This document shows positions 25,665-40,326 of a stretch of 64,000 nucleotides of DNA, one piece after another (within the stretch, counting starts at the first letter, position 1; each line of letters opens with the position of its first letter). The translations under genes were made by a program, and so were the position numbers. Under the pieces are notes generated by a model. The model did no database searches, was not told the origin of the DNA, and worked only from the letters and a program-made list of their open reading frames with translations. The DNA is taken from positions 102,300,001-102,364,000 of the forward strand of contig OX597822.1 of the NCBI GenBank assembly GCA_951406725.2, written 5' to 3'. This DNA comes from Octopus vulgaris (Eukaryota).

Positions 25665-28600
25665 TCAAAGTACGGGTGAGAATATAAACCTCGGAGAGAT
25701 AAAAAGCATCTTAAGATTAAACTGGTTGAATACTCAACAATATAGGCACATATATATTATTAATATTATGAAAACCAAGAGAGAAGATAGAGGTAAGATT
25801 AATATAAGTTTATTAATACATTGACAAGACCAGACCCTACAATTGTTTCAATTAATCACTCGCAGCATAAAATCAACCAAATTTAATTTAATTTAACCAA
25901 ATCGATCTAGTTAATTACGACAAGTAAGAATATCTTCAGGGAAGGACGTAGGAAGAAATTTATATTTAAAACATAATAAAAACATTAAAAAGGAAGAATA
26001 TAGTGTACCATTAAAGTTTAAAATATATACATTAATAAAAATAGATACAGTAATTAAAAAATTGTTATAGTCATGAATTAATATAAATACCAATAATGAT
26101 AATGCAGACACACCCATGCAAAAATATGAATAATGGTGATATGTAAAAAAATGAATAGATCGGTGATATGTAAAAACAATTGACCAGTAATTAAATTATG
26201 GGAGTAGAGAAGTTAAATAATTAGGTATTCCATATAAACATACCTACACACGTGCCTATCTTGCCTAATACGATCCCGTAACAATCTCTTAAATTGTTTC
26301 GGTATTACGTGTCAAAAGTGAAACAATAGCATCTACATTGTAATGTGAATACGAATAAAAATACGAAAAAATTAATAAAGTAATATAATAAAAATAAAAA
26401 TAGAATGCAAAAAGTAGAAATTATGAACAAATTATTGTATACCATTAATAAACGGCAAGCATATAAAGAAAGAAATACGTTCTATGAACCTTCTAATATA
26501 AATTAGATTTAACTCAAATAACATCGGAATTTTTAAGAATAGATTGAACGGTTTTGGCAAGATGGAAAAATATTAATTTTGACAAACATAGTGATATATA
26601 GGAGTATTTATAAATGTGGGGAAAGTAGACCTGACGATTGGGAGTGCGTAAACATAATGAGTTTTTGAATGAAACTTTGTGTCTTAATAATACCATATGT
26701 ACCCTCATGAAACACGTGTTGCCCGTAATATGGAAAATTTGGGGATTATGAATATAAATAGTAGGTATAATATTTAATATTTTATGGTTTGGTTAAGTTA
26801 ATACCGTTCGGAGTTGATGAAGTTGTGGGTGTTTCTATCTGTAACACTATTTTGATATATATGAATTAATTATTGAGAGTAATTCAATTTAATATTTTTA
26901 ATTTGAATGTCTCATTCCTGTGGCACTGGAATTGATCTTCCTTAATTATCATAATAATACAATATAGTAATATAATAACTTAATGTTAATTAGCTAGTTT
27001 CGAATTAACAATTAAGTTGGTTATGGTGTACACAGGAAAGACCCCTAGAATGGAATTTATCACTGAAGGACGTACCTATTCCACCAAAAAGAGAATTTAA
27101 GATTAAATTGATAAATAATATTTAAAAAATTTATAAATAGGTTAAAAAGGGAAAGCATACTGCTATAATAATATTAATACTGCAAATATAAATAATACAG
27201 AGAATAACAATTTTAATTTTATTAGTACTAAATTTAAATCCAGAAAAGAACCACTGTATAATAAAGAACTGCAAAATTTGGAAGATAATATTTGGAAAGT
27301 AGTAAAAAATATAGAATATTATAAATACCCTAATAGGCATAATAAAAACTTACCTACTAAAATTAAAAAATGAGAAGTACCGAAGGAATTTTTGTACAAT
27401 CTGATAAAACTAAGAATTTATATAAATTAGATATAGAAACATATGATGGATTACGAGAAAAAGAAATCAATAAAAAATATAAAATTGCTCATACTAATAC
27501 TCTAGAGAAAATAAATAAAAGATATAAAGAAATAATGACGAATTACGAATTAGATAATAAAAAGGAACCCTATGTGCCTATGCACCCAAGGATAACATTA
27601 AAAGACCATAAGGATAACTAAAATCAGACCCTAAAATCCGACTCATATGTCCATAAAAGTATTAAAAATAAAAATAAATATAAGTTTATACAAATAGATA
27701 TTTGCAATTATTATGCATCGATAAACGAGGTAGTATTTAATATGGTTTTAATGTATGCTAAGAACGAAATAGGAATGACAATGGAGGAAAGTAAGGTAAT
27801 CCAAGAGGCAAGAAAATCGCTAATAAAATACAACAATAAATTATGGGCTAGAAAAGATACCAGGGAGTTCTTCGATGTGCCTATGGGGGCGCCGGACTCA
27901 CCACAGGTGACTGATCTAGTAGGGATCTATTACTTTCAGAGTTAAATCTAGAAAAATTAAAAGTAGAAGGGTGTTGATATAGAGACGATTTGTTATTAGT
28001 AACTAAAAACTGTACAAAAAGGACTTTTGATAATTATAAAACGAAATTATATAGATTTTTCAAACGATACGGATTAGGAACTACGATTTATAAAGAGCAT
28101 TATAATGTTAACTTTTTAGATGCCAATTTGAATACTTCAACAGGGATAACACAACCTTTCCACAAAATGAATGAAAATTTGAAATATATAAACGCATACA
28201 GTAACCACCCTCACTTCTATTAAGAAAACACTGATAGCTAATATTGGAAAAAGAATCTCGATGCTCTCACCGAATTATGGGAGCTTCCTAAAGCATACTA
28301 CAAGGACGAGATTAGATTCTACAATAATAATACAAATAGTAGCAATTACACAAAAGAAAACAACACTAAAGACCCCGTTAATACTAATATGGATAAAAAT
28401 GTAAATGAAAATGAAGATGGGAATAGAAATAAAAATAAAATTAATAACAATTGATAATGATAATAGAGAAACACATCGGAATTCTATAGAATATAAGGAG
28501 CATACAAAAACATAAAAGATATAAATAGAATGAAGAATAAAAATAAAATAGAAACATAAGGAAATATATAAGATTAAACGATAGGCAAAAATTAGATCCA

Positions 28601-30644
28601 ATTATAAATAATAAAGATGATAATAACAACAGTAGTGTAAATAAAAATACGAGAAATAATAATATAAACATAAATAAAAATAATAAAAGAACCTGATTGA
28701 TAGATCCTTATGGGACCAGGTTTAAAATAATATTCTAAAAGAAATCACTGAAACAATAGAATCATTTATTAACGAAAACAAAAAATACATCTTTTCTAAA
28801 AATAATATAGGAGTAGGATATTCGACTACTAATAATGTAGGTAATATTATTTCATCACTAAATAAATATAAGTTGAATAAATATTACCGTAATAAATTAA
28901 ATAATTATCCCAATAATAATGGTAGTGACTCAAAAAATTGTAATTGTAGGGACAAAAATAATTGTAATTTTAATAACAAATGTAACTTAAAGGATGTAGT
29001 ATATAAGTGTGTGGTTCCTTTAAATGAAGATAGGAATGACCAAAGCGAAGTTAATGATAGGCATATTGAAGTAAACTCAGACATGACACACATAGGATCT
29101 ACATCGAATAAAATTAAACATTGGATAGCGCAGCATTTGTACTCATTTAAAAATAAGAAATTAATGAACTCGACAGGCTTAAGTAAATATATTTGGAGCC
29201 TAAAATCTAAAGAAATTAAATATTATCTAAAGTGGGAGATAATAAGGAAAACTAATTGATATAGAATAGTGAATAAGTTCTGTCTGTTGTGTATTCACGA
29301 ATTCATGGAGATTTTATGGGATAAAACAACATTGCTGAATGTCAAGATGAAAGGAAAATTAAATGCAAACATAAGCTGAAGTGCTTAATTAATAAGTTTG
29401 AGTTCTCAAGTAAATAACCAAAATTAATTTTAATAATTTAAAACTTAGTTATATCTTTTGGATCAAAGTTACTATTATATACCATTATTTAACATTACTA
29501 GAATTCAATATATAACCACATTAAAATATAACATATTATGTGGATAATTTCAGTTATGGTAAATTTAATTATATAAATTTTTAGTCGTATGTCACACGAG
29601 AAATAGTTCGAAAATTTATAAATTTAAATTCAGAAACGGAGTTTAAATTCTTAAGAATAATAGTAGAAATATAATTTTTAAACAATATTGAATCTATATA
29701 ATTACATTAACATAAAAAATGAAATTTTAATGAATCCTGAAATATCTGAATCGTGGGCATAAAGAAAAAGCTTACTACTTGAATATCGGGAAAGATAGAT
29801 GATCGAACGTGAGACAGGTAGATAGAATAAAGAAATGATGGAAAAAATAGACTATTCCCATAATACATTTATTTCCGGTTCCCCTGACTGTATTATGGTA
29901 ATTATTGGGTGATTTCATTGTATACCATTTAATACACGGTAAGTATATAAACAAATAAATACGTTCTATGAAGCTTCTAATATAAATTAAATTCAACTCA
30001 TATAACATCGGAATTTTTAAGAATAGATTGAACGGTTTTGGCAAGATGGAGAAATATTTTAGTTTTGATGGGAGGAAACTGAAAAATATAAGTTAACCCT
30101 CGATTTGTTCATAATTTTTACTTTTTACATTCTATTTATATTTTTATTATATTACTTTATTAATTTTTTCGTATTTTTATTCGTATTTTTTAGTCTTAAT
30201 TTTTATCTGGATTTATTCACATTTTTTTTCATTCGTATTTTTTAGTCGTATTTCATATCCGGTTTTAATCCTTAAATTTTTATGCTTTAAATTTATAAGG
30301 TTCATGAATTTATTTATTTACTTATTTATACTTATATACTTGTAATAAATTTTGATGAACATAATGATATATAAGGAGTAGTTATATTTATAAATGTGGG
30401 GAAAGTAGACCTGACGATTGGGAGTGCGTAAACATAACGAGTTTTTGAAAAAGATTTTGTGTCTTAATAATACCATACGTGTATGGTATTGTTAAGACAT
30501 GAAACACGTGTCATCCGTAATATGGAAAATTTGGGGATTATGAATATAAATAGTAAGTATAATATTTAATATTTTATGGCTTGGTTAAGTTAATACCGTT
30601 CGGAGTTGATGAAGTCGTGGGTGTTTCTATCTCTTACACTATTT

Positions 30645-30647
<3 letters not shown>
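25665..30647 (+). mobile_element. Near-complete decayed PLE, probably Naiad-type, with direct pLTRs (about 26435-26860 and 29917-30647) and an inverted 5' segment
   Basis: SDKTKNLY, FDVPMGAPDSPQVTDLVGIY, YRDD, VNFLD, YINAYSNHP, CNC...C...VVYKC...HIGST...LSKYIW..K...LKWEII; HHR cores in the repeats. Confidence 0.85.
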
Positions 30648-30712
<65 letters not shown>

Positions 30713-30719
<7 letters not shown>

Positions 30720-31444
30720 CAATCAAAATAAGCAACAGGATATCCAGAGGTGATGCAGTACGACAGTTTCAAGCAGATCCATTTAATTGAATAATGCATT
30801 TATTACATCAATTTAAAAGCAGGGCTATCCTCAGCTGCATAAATAAATAGGATGTTTTTAATCAGTGGGACACATTTGAGTGTAAGCTTTGGACGAGGTC
30901 TGATACCCCTGATAATTTCGAAATAGCTATGCGCTCGAGTGATTCGGCTGAAATCACTAATCTAGTTGGTGGGTATCTTTTAAGGTGCCTCAACAGAGAA
31001 ATCTCTGAATTGCAGGGAGGTTTATATAGAGGTGATGCTCTATTTATCATCCCTAGCGACAACAAATCAGTCATAGAAAGAATGAGAAAAAAAATTAGAA
31101 AATTTTCTTAAAGCTTCAACTTAGGTATTATGTATGAATATGGCACACAGGTAGCAAATTTTTTAGATACTACTTTAGACATTAGCTCGGGATTATACCA
31201 ACCCTATAGGAAACCAGGTGAAATTACGAGATACGTGAGCAAATTATCAAATCACATCCCTAAAGTGTTAAAATCGGTTGCTAAAAGTATTTCTAGGAGA
31301 ATAACAAAATTATCAGCAAATAAGGATATTTTTAATACCCATTCCTGCCACTACAACTTTGCTTTGTATAAGGTAGGATGTGACTAGGAAATTACTTTTC
31401 TTTGTCCTGTAAGTTTAGCACCTGTTAATAGTGGAATTAATGAT

Positions 31445-31447
<3 letters not shown>
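30713..31447 (+). mobile_element. Naiad-type PLE RT fragment preceded by an inverted pLTR piece
   Basis: FEIAMRSSDSAEITNLVG, GGLYRGD, NFLDTTLD, YQPYRKP, YVSKLSNH; (TA)n on both flanks. Confidence 0.8.
30753..30840 (-). ncRNA. Type I hammerhead ribozyme with extended stem II
   Basis: atgcag-CTGAGGA-tagc...gctt-GAAAC tgtc GTA-ctgcat; 6-bp stem I, canonical core, GUA cleavage triplet. Confidence 0.7.
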
Positions 31448-31478
<31 letters not shown>

Positions 31479-31887
31479 TTCGTTTAATATTTTGCCGGTC
31501 ACTATAAATGTGTGAAGGTGTTGAGTACTGCTGTCACCAAAAGAAAAGCAAGTATGACAGAATGAATAACTGGCTTGCAAAGATCGCTGATTAAATAAAA
31601 GAACTAGTGTTACTAAGCATAAAGATGCCTTTTTCTTTCCTTTTTTTATTTATATTTATCGATTATTTTTTGCCATCGGTACGCCAATCAGTCAGGAGCA
31701 TTGTTCGTGTGCTGGTTTGCGGTGGCATAAATTAATCTAGAGATAAATAGCGTTTTGTGATAGGAAGGGCCCTGAGTGGGAGCCTTTGTATGAATAGTAT
31801 AGAAGTACGCGGTTAATATAATAAGGAGCGTACTAATGGCGAGAATCAAACTTATTAGGGTTAGTGAAATTTGATGGCATGTAAATT

Positions 31888-32472
31888 CTTTTCTACTTTA
31901 GGCACAAGGCCCAAAATTTTGGGAGAAGGGGGGGCAGTCTACCCCAGTACGTAACAGGTACTTAATTTATCGTACCTCCGAAAGGATGAAAGTTAAAGTC
32001 AACTCAGAACGTAAAGAGAGACGAAATACCGCCAAGTATTTCGCCCGGCGTGCTAACGTTTCTTATTACCCACAAGGGACTGAACATAGAGGGGACAAAC
32101 AAGGACAGACAAACGGATTAAGTCGATTATATCGACCCCAGTGCGTAACTGGTACTTTTATTTATCGACCCCGAAAGGATGAAAGGCAAAGTCGACCTTG
32201 GCGGAATTTGAACTCAGAACGTAACGACAGACGAAATACCTATTTCTTTACTACCCACAGGGGGCTAAACACAGAGAGGACAAACAAGGATAGACAAACG
32301 GATTAAGTCGATTATATCGACCCCAGTGCGTAACTGGTACTTTTATTTATCGACCCCGAAAGGATGAAAGGCAAAGTCGACCTCGGCGGAATTTGAACTC
32401 AGAACGTAACGGCAGATGAAATTCGGCTACGCATTTCACCCAGCGTGCTAACGTTTCTGCCAGCTCGCCGCC
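31888..32472 (-). mobile_element. Composite SINE S4 array: two tail-A units on an older tail-B unit
   Basis: Junctions at 32240/32241 and about 32060; outer TSD atggcatgtaaatt. Confidence 0.85.
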
Positions 32473-34063
32473 TTTACATGGCATGTAAATTATGGTGATA
32501 TAAATGTAGTTATATACATAGACCAACAGCGCTTTGACTTATTACATAAATTTAACATGAACTACAGAGTTTTTTGATGTATTGTTTCTGCAGTTTCGTG
32601 CTGCACAATTTGGCAGATTTATAGTAAACTAACATGGTTTGGAAGATTGCTGTTTCAAGGGAAACTCTGCAGGATCACACGACTTGTTAGAAATAGAAAC
32701 CAAATCAAAGTTTACTCACATTGTCTTGACTTCAAAACATTAAATGAAAGACTGAATGGTCTTAGGGGAAAAGCCTTTGATTATAGTACTGGTCAATGAG
32801 TTTAAACAGCAACGACATCGGACACATTACACAAGGAGTTGTACTTTTTTTCCAGTGGCGAACCCCTTCATTATACTCGACAATGTTGGCGTACGCTGCG
32901 TGAAGAACGTTGCATAAAATAGCCGGATATTATTGAATAGACGAGTATTAAAAACTTTGAATTCTTCCGCGAGCGGAAACAATCAAGTACTGTAGTCGAT
33001 ATAACTGAATATTCCCTCCACCCACCCAAGATGTAACAGTTGCAGTCTTGTGCCGTCCAACAAGTCGTAAGTTACACCTTTAACGAGATGGTTTATTAGT
33101 TTGATATTTTCTAACAGGTAACTCTATTGTTGGAACAGTTTCAAAAAGATACATTCACATATTCAGAATGTCACATTCGCAATCGACAGCTTTGAACGAA
33201 ATCTGTGTTTTGCTATAAACAATACTGGAAACATATGTTCATAATGATTAATCGATAGGAACAGCAATAAAACTTCCCACACGTTTTCTAGACAAAGGTT
33301 ATGGTGTGTTGGTTGTGGTTACTATAAAATTCCGGTGATTTTACGAACTTCACGTACCTCCACAATTTTTGTTGTGTACCTCTAGGATTATGCTTACTCT
33401 TGTAACAGAATTCTTTGCTTTACACAATAATAACAAGCATTTGGAGCAAGCTTGAGTGAAAAACTTTGGAAAGCCATAAAAACTCTTGGAACATATCGAC
33501 AGGTTCCGTTTCTATTTACTTTTTGTGAAAGTTTTGATTCGGGGACGGTTGGATTTGGGATTTTTTTTTCTATACCTTATCTATGCAAAAGACGGACTTC
33601 ATGTCATTTCTTCTAGGTTTTGTCTCGCTGTTCACCCGGAATGAATTCAGACGATTCCACTTGAACCGGCAATATGATTATAATTGGCTGTCACAAACGT
33701 TTGGCGCTGAGATCAGTAATCAGTCAGGATTCTCCATCTTCACGTAGACTAAAATATCCCAACTTGATTGCACCAATCAAGCTGTCGGCCTTGCCGTTCA
33801 CACCATTCCGATGTAGCAACTTTCAGATTGCACTCATTAGTCTTGGATGATTACTGAAGAATCATCTTATCTCATACGATTTTACATTAACCTTTACAAT
33901 ACTTATCACATACTACCATTGATATTGCCCTACTACTACTACTACTACTACTAGTAGTAGTAGTGGTGGTGGTGGTGGTGGTGATGGTGGTGGTGGTGGT
34001 GGTGGTGGTAGTAGTAGTAGTGGTAGTGGTGGTGGTGGTGGTGGTGGTGGTGGTGGTGGTGGT

Positions 34064-34105
<42 letters not shown>

Positions 34106-34145
34106 AAGTAGTAGTAGTAGCAGCAGCAGCAGCATGAAGGATATA

Positions 34146-34405
34146 ATAATAATAATGTTCGTCCTTCGGGTTCGAAGATCACCATTGACATCATTTGGTG
34201 GAATTGCTGCTATTACACCGGAGGTGGCTGGTGAGGCCAATCCGGGCAAGAAAGCCCCTCCCACAAGTGGGGCAGAAATGGGTAGGGGCTGTGCTATTGG
34301 TGCAGGTGGCTCTGGCTTTCCGCATCTGGCGTTTCTGTTCTGCTGACTGAATCCGTCTCTCCTCGGCTGTCTTTGCTCCTGTGGTGATTGCGCTGCGCCA
34401 GGATG
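34146..34405 (-). mobile_element. 3' end of an RTE LINE
   Basis: HFCPTCGRGFLARIGLTSHLRC C-terminal zinc finger, short 3' UTR, (TTA)n tail. Confidence 0.8.
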
Positions 34406-34503
34406 TAGTAGTAGTAGTAGTTGTTGTAGTAGTAGTTGTAGTAGTAGTTGTAGTAGTAGTGGTGGTGGTGGTGGTGGTGGTGGTGGTGGTGGTAGTAGTG
34501 GTG

Positions 34504-34549
<46 letters not shown>

Positions 34550-34974
34550 CAGCAACACCAGCATGAAGGATATATGAAATCAGGGGCCCCACCTTACGGT
34601 GTCTAATCACGAGTCAGGACACAGGACTCAGGACCCAGGACTCAGGACTCAGAACTCAGGAGCTGTATAGACCAGGCATTGCTTGTTCAACTGTTCCTTA
34701 AGGTATTTTGCAATCAACAGGTACGATAAAATTTAGAGAAGTTAGTTGTTAGCTGTGTACATGTACAGGGAAATCTTAAATTATGAAATCTCGTCTTGAC
34801 TGCAAAATAACATCAACAAATACGATATTATTTATTGTTTTTTACTTTTTGTCTTTTACTTGTTTCAGTCATTTGACTGCGGCCATGCGGGGGCACCGCC
34901 CTGAAGGGTTTTAGTCGAACAAATCGACTCCAGGATTTTTTTTTTTAAGGTTAGTACTTATCCTATCGAGCGCA

Positions 34975-35464
34975 TTGTACGTTGATGGTTTGAGAAGATC
35001 GGATCTGGTTACTTTACCCTTGAAAATCAGCACCGTGCTAGAGCTGAGACCAAGGTAGATTATGATGATTTGGAAACTGTAATGGAAGCGGATCTCAAGC
35101 TACGCCTGAGATAGCAGCAAGGTTTGATGCTTCGATATTCCAACTATATTGGACCATCTTAAACAAATCGACAAGGTAAAGAAGCTGGACAAGTGAATAC
35201 CACACGAACTGAACGTGCTTCAAATGACACGTCGTCTTGAAAATCGCTGTTCTTTGCTGTCACGGCATAAAAGCGAACCATATTTGCATCGTATTGTGAT
35301 TTCATCACCTCTTGCCCTCCAGAATTCTTCGCTGCCGGCATACCAATAAAATGGCAAAATTGTGTTGATAATTTAGGTGCATTATTTGATTAACTGCATT
35401 GTTTTTGTTAAGATAAAGTAAAATAAACCTTCAGTTCAAAATCGGACATTTCATTCATAACAAC

Positions 35465-35468
<4 letters not shown>
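34975..35468 (+). mobile_element. Decayed, internally deleted mariner
   Basis: Remnants such as HLKQIDKVKKLDK.IPHEL; 3' TIR aaaatcggac...cctga-TA similar to the TIR at 23726-23755. Confidence 0.7.
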
Positions 35469-35527
<59 letters not shown>

Positions 35528-35543
35528 GCATACATATATATAC

Positions 35544-35595
<52 letters not shown>

Positions 35596-35597
<2 letters not shown>

Positions 35598-35991
35598 ATA
35601 ATTGAGGGTAAAATTAATTAGTTATTAATCAATTTCACCAAGTAGTGTTCAGTATGTAAAAGGACCATTTAAGGCGTATTCAAAATATTACATTATATAA
35701 TTAGGGCTTAGTAAAATAAATTACTTTGCCACATGCTGAACTTTCTAGAAATAGCAGCCCAAAAAATTTTTTAGCCAATTCCACTACTTTAAGAAAAATT
35801 CTCCCAGATAATGTTTACTCAAAAATAACTCACGAAGATATGGAGGTAAAACAGTAAAATATCACAAGTACAAAGATCATTTGAGAATTTTTCTTAAAGT
35901 AGTGGAAATGGGTAAAAAAAGTTTTTTGGCTGCTATTTCTAGAAAGTTCAGTATGTGGCAAAGTAATTTATTTTACTAAGCCCTAATTATA

Positions 35992-35995
<4 letters not shown>
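35596..35995. repeat. Fold-back element in (TA)n; arms about 35692-35803 and 35883-35994
   Basis: Direct reverse-complement match; related to 39987-40259. Confidence 0.85.
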
Positions 35996-36060
<65 letters not shown>

Positions 36061-36554
36061 CCTCTTTCTCTCTCGTGTTTATTTTCTCGTATTTCTTTCT
36101 GAAAAGCGTAGACTCGAAACGTAAAAGACTTTCTCACTTTCCCGAGCGTCAAACTAATACACTTGTCTGTTGTTGTTTTTTCTGTAAATTTCTACTATAT
36201 ATATATGTGTGTGTGTGTGTATGCATGCATGTATGTATGTATGTATATATATGATTGCTTCATCTTGTCAGATGATAGCCGTACCATCAACACACACACC
36301 ACACCCCATCACACACCATAATTGCTCCGTTGATGAGCCCTTAAATAGCTTTTAAGTCCAGCTTCTGACTGGCAGGGGTTAAAACACAAGTGACAGATAT
36401 TATTCAAGTTTCTTCCATATCTTTGCCCTTATGAATCTGATTCTGAAGGAATGTTTTTGTGAACCAGCATATGTCTTTTAAATCCAAATATTGTCTTAGA
36501 AGTTTTTTGACTACCATTGTTACTGCCCTACTACCAGTAGTAGTAGTAGTAGTT

Positions 36555-36611
<57 letters not shown>

Positions 36612-36639
36612 TAGGAATATCAATAATATTAATAGTAGT

Positions 36640-37080
36640 AATGCTCCCGGTTGCAACTGTACAGTTAAATCCCAGTCCATTATTAGGTCAATGTTTAATC
36701 CAAAACGTATTTTTTAAATGTACAATCATGACTGAAACTGGTAATTATATATATATATAGGATGATCGATAAATATGAAAAAGCGTATCAATAACCATTT
36801 TTCATCTTTTTGACTCAAACATAAAGCTAATCGTATGTCTTTATCTAGTAAGATTTGGGAACTAAAAGCAAGCGGGACCGGATTTAGCCTTAAATGGGAT
36901 ATAATGAGGAGATCGCTGCCTTATAGAGATAGTCGATATGAGTGTGAGCTGTGCTCTATGGAAACTTATGAGATTTTTAAGTATAGAGAAAAGAACAATC
37001 TGATTAATAATAGATTAGACCTAAGGGTATCATGCGTGCATAGTGTCACTCGTACATTTAAGTATTTTCGAAACTAACAA
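36640..37080 (+). pseudogene. Naiad-type PLE GIY-YIG remnant
   Basis: CNC...GQCL...FKCTI...NNHFSSF...LSSKIWELK...LKWDIM...PY....CELC..E. Confidence 0.75.
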
Positions 37081-37771
37081 TTATAGTTACCATACTTGAA
37101 CTTTGATGATGGAAATTAATTTTGGTGTCGTATTCGTTGTAAACTTACCCTAGAGTATTAGATATAAAAAAATCATGGGATAATATGTTATATGGTGAAT
37201 CATATTGCATTACATATGTTATATGTTATGTGTTGTGGTATGTGGTGTGCTATATGTAATACTAACCCAAGATAACCCTTGCCTAGTTAGTCTGACTGCA
37301 TCCTATTTTGGTGATTACACTTTTTCCCTTTCTGTGATGTTCTACCCTACTGATCATACTTGTGGTGAATTTATGTAAGTCTCCTTTTGACTAAATCATA
37401 TGCCTCCTAGAAACTATAAAATCATACATACAAAAACACCTGTAACATTACAATTTATAAAATCTCTTCGGTCTGAATACCTTTAACTACCCCCACTACC
37501 TCCATACCTATTATTCACTCCTTTATCTTTCCCCTGCCTCTACTTTTAATCTCCTGTCTCTTTCTATGTAAGTTATATATATTTCTTATTATTTTCTATA
37601 AATTCTTATTATTTTGTACTCTTATTTTGATATCCTTATTTATTATTCCTTATCTCTTATAAATTGTTATTTTTCTTATTCTTTTCTTAATTTTCAGTTA
37701 CTTAAGTCTATGCGAGATATTTATACTATATCCATATAAGCGTATAAATATTTGTGTATGTGTATATATGC

Positions 37772-37842
<71 letters not shown>

Positions 37843-38802
37843 TGTGTGTGTGTGTGCGTGCATTTTTTACACTTTTTTGATTCATGGCTTAAAATTAATA
37901 GACAGCATGTATATCTTTTCAATTACTCCATATGTAAATGCCTTGAACAGTCTTTATAGAAACCACCGAATAAGTAATTAATTAATTACATGAATGCATA
38001 TTGAAATGATTCTATGTAATCTTGCTTTTTAATGTTTATAATTGATATATATACACACCTTTTGCTTATTTTGACTATGATATCATTTTTGAAATTCTTA
38101 AATTTTAAATTTTATTTCTATATAATATAACAATATTGTTTATAAACATTCCCCCATAGTACCCCGAAATAAAATTTCCTCTGTATTAACATCTTACGTT
38201 TCTTAGCGTTTTGCCCCTTTAACTGGTAATTAACATCATGATTGAAACTCTTTCCCTGCCCTACCTCTTTTTGTAGACAGTTACTTATATTCAGTTGACT
38301 ACACCTAATGTCTTATTTCCTCCCTAGGAAAAAGGGATATATATATGATAATATTTTACCATACCTAGCCACGAGCTGTCAACTCACTCTTGTCCTTTAT
38401 TCAAAATAGACACAGTCTTCTAGTCTTAGATTTAGTAGTTGGTAAAGAGATAAATGAATTAGAAATGAATTACAACCCAACCATATGACCCCACTATGCT
38501 CCATGTGATTCTTAGAAGTCGTAGTCTATTCTTAGCTACAATAGCGACAACATGAATTCCTTCCATCCTACTCTGTTAAAATATTCAAGAAGAATTATAT
38601 TAATGTGTCCTGCTTGGTAAAATTCCATTTATTTATTTGTGCAGCTAAAGTTAAAGTAGACGACACTTGCTTAAGGTACCACATAGCGACATTGAATCCG
38701 AAACCATGTGGTTGGGAAGCAAGCTTCTTACCACACAGCCACGCCTACGCCTATACCACGCAGCAAAGCTTACATTTATTGCATAAAAACAAAACTTAAA
38801 AT

Positions 38803-39034
38803 ATATTTCTTTATTGCCCACAAGGGGCTAAACATAGAGGGGACAAACAAAGACAGACAAAGGGATTAAGTCAACTACATCGACCCCAGTGCGCAACTGG
38901 TACTTTATTTATCGACCCCGAAAGGATGAAAGGCAAAGTCGACCTCGGCGGTGTTTGAACCCAGAACGTAACGACAGATGAAATACTGCTGAGCATTTCG
39001 CCCCGCGTGCTAACGTTTCTGCCAGCTCGCCGCC
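38803..39034 (-). mobile_element. SINE S4 tail A with TSD; two older diverged S4 copies follow (39060-39470)
   Basis: TSD aaaacaaaacttaaaata on both sides. Confidence 0.88.
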
Positions 39035-39597
39035 TTAAAACAAAACTTAAAATATTGAGAGGATATTGCTTCTAATTTAAGAACAAGGCTGGCATGTCCC
39101 AGTACTTGACTTATTTTATCGGCTACGACAGAATGAAAGGCAAAGTTGACCTCGGCGGGATTTGAACTCAAAACGTAAAAAGCCAGAAGAAATAATGCAA
39201 AGCATTTTCTTTTACGCTCAAACGATTGTACCAATCCACCGCCCTGATTTTGAGATTGTAGTGGTTTCTGATTTAGACATAGATCCAGCAATTTTTTGAT
39301 GGGAGATGGTTAGTCAATCCCATTTCTTGGTTGGTACTTTATTTTATCAATCCCCGAAGGAGTGAAAGATAAGGTTGACCGCAGCGGGATTAGAAATCAG
39401 AAAGTAGAAAAAATGCAGAAGAAATAGTGCGAGGCATTTTCCCAACGCTCTACCGATTCTGGTGACTCACTGACTTCCTTGAGCTTACATAATAAATACA
39501 AAACGCCTTTTTTTAACGTGTATAAAGAACCCGTTTTTGTCAAAAATTAGGTTAAAAAATACGCGAGTTTCTCATACATGGATAGTATTATAATACC

Positions 39598-39852
39598 TTA
39601 CTCTTTACTCTTTTACTTGTTTCAGTCATTTGACTGCAGCCCATGCTGGAGCACCGCCTTTAGTCGAGCAGATCGACCCCAGGACTTGTTCTTTGTAAGC
39701 CCAGTACTTACTCTATCGGTCTCTTTTGCCGAACCGCTAATTGCAGGGACGTAAACACACCAGCATCGGTTGTCAAGCGATGTTGGGGAGGCAAACTCAG
39801 ACACACAAGCACACATACACACACACACACATATACACACACATACACACAC

Positions 39853-39908
<56 letters not shown>

Positions 39909-39921
39909 CTATATATCTATA

Positions 39922-39988
<67 letters not shown>

Positions 39989-40255
39989 TTATCCGTAATA
40001 ATGAAGGGTGAAATTAATTAATTTGGAATAATTATCAATTACACCAAGTAGTCTTCGGCATGTAAAAGCCTCATTCGAGGAAAATTTAAGTAATACTAAG
40101 CAATAAAGGGTTTAGCAACGAATTGCCTTACCACATACCGAATTTAGAAATAGCAGTCAAAGAGTTATAGCTATTAAAGAGTTATAACTCTTTGACTGCT
40201 ATTTCTAAATTCGGTATGTGGTAAGGCAATTCGTTGCTAAACCCTTTATTGCTTA

Positions 40256-40326
<71 letters not shown>

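Noticed and set aside
29257-29259. TGA in the Naiad GIY-YIG as selenocysteine
   Set aside because: Aligns with the Pro of the PY motif, not a conserved Cys, and the element has many other stops
32830-33880. Non-repetitive stretch that might be a decayed coding region
   Set aside because: No open frame or recognisable motif on either strand
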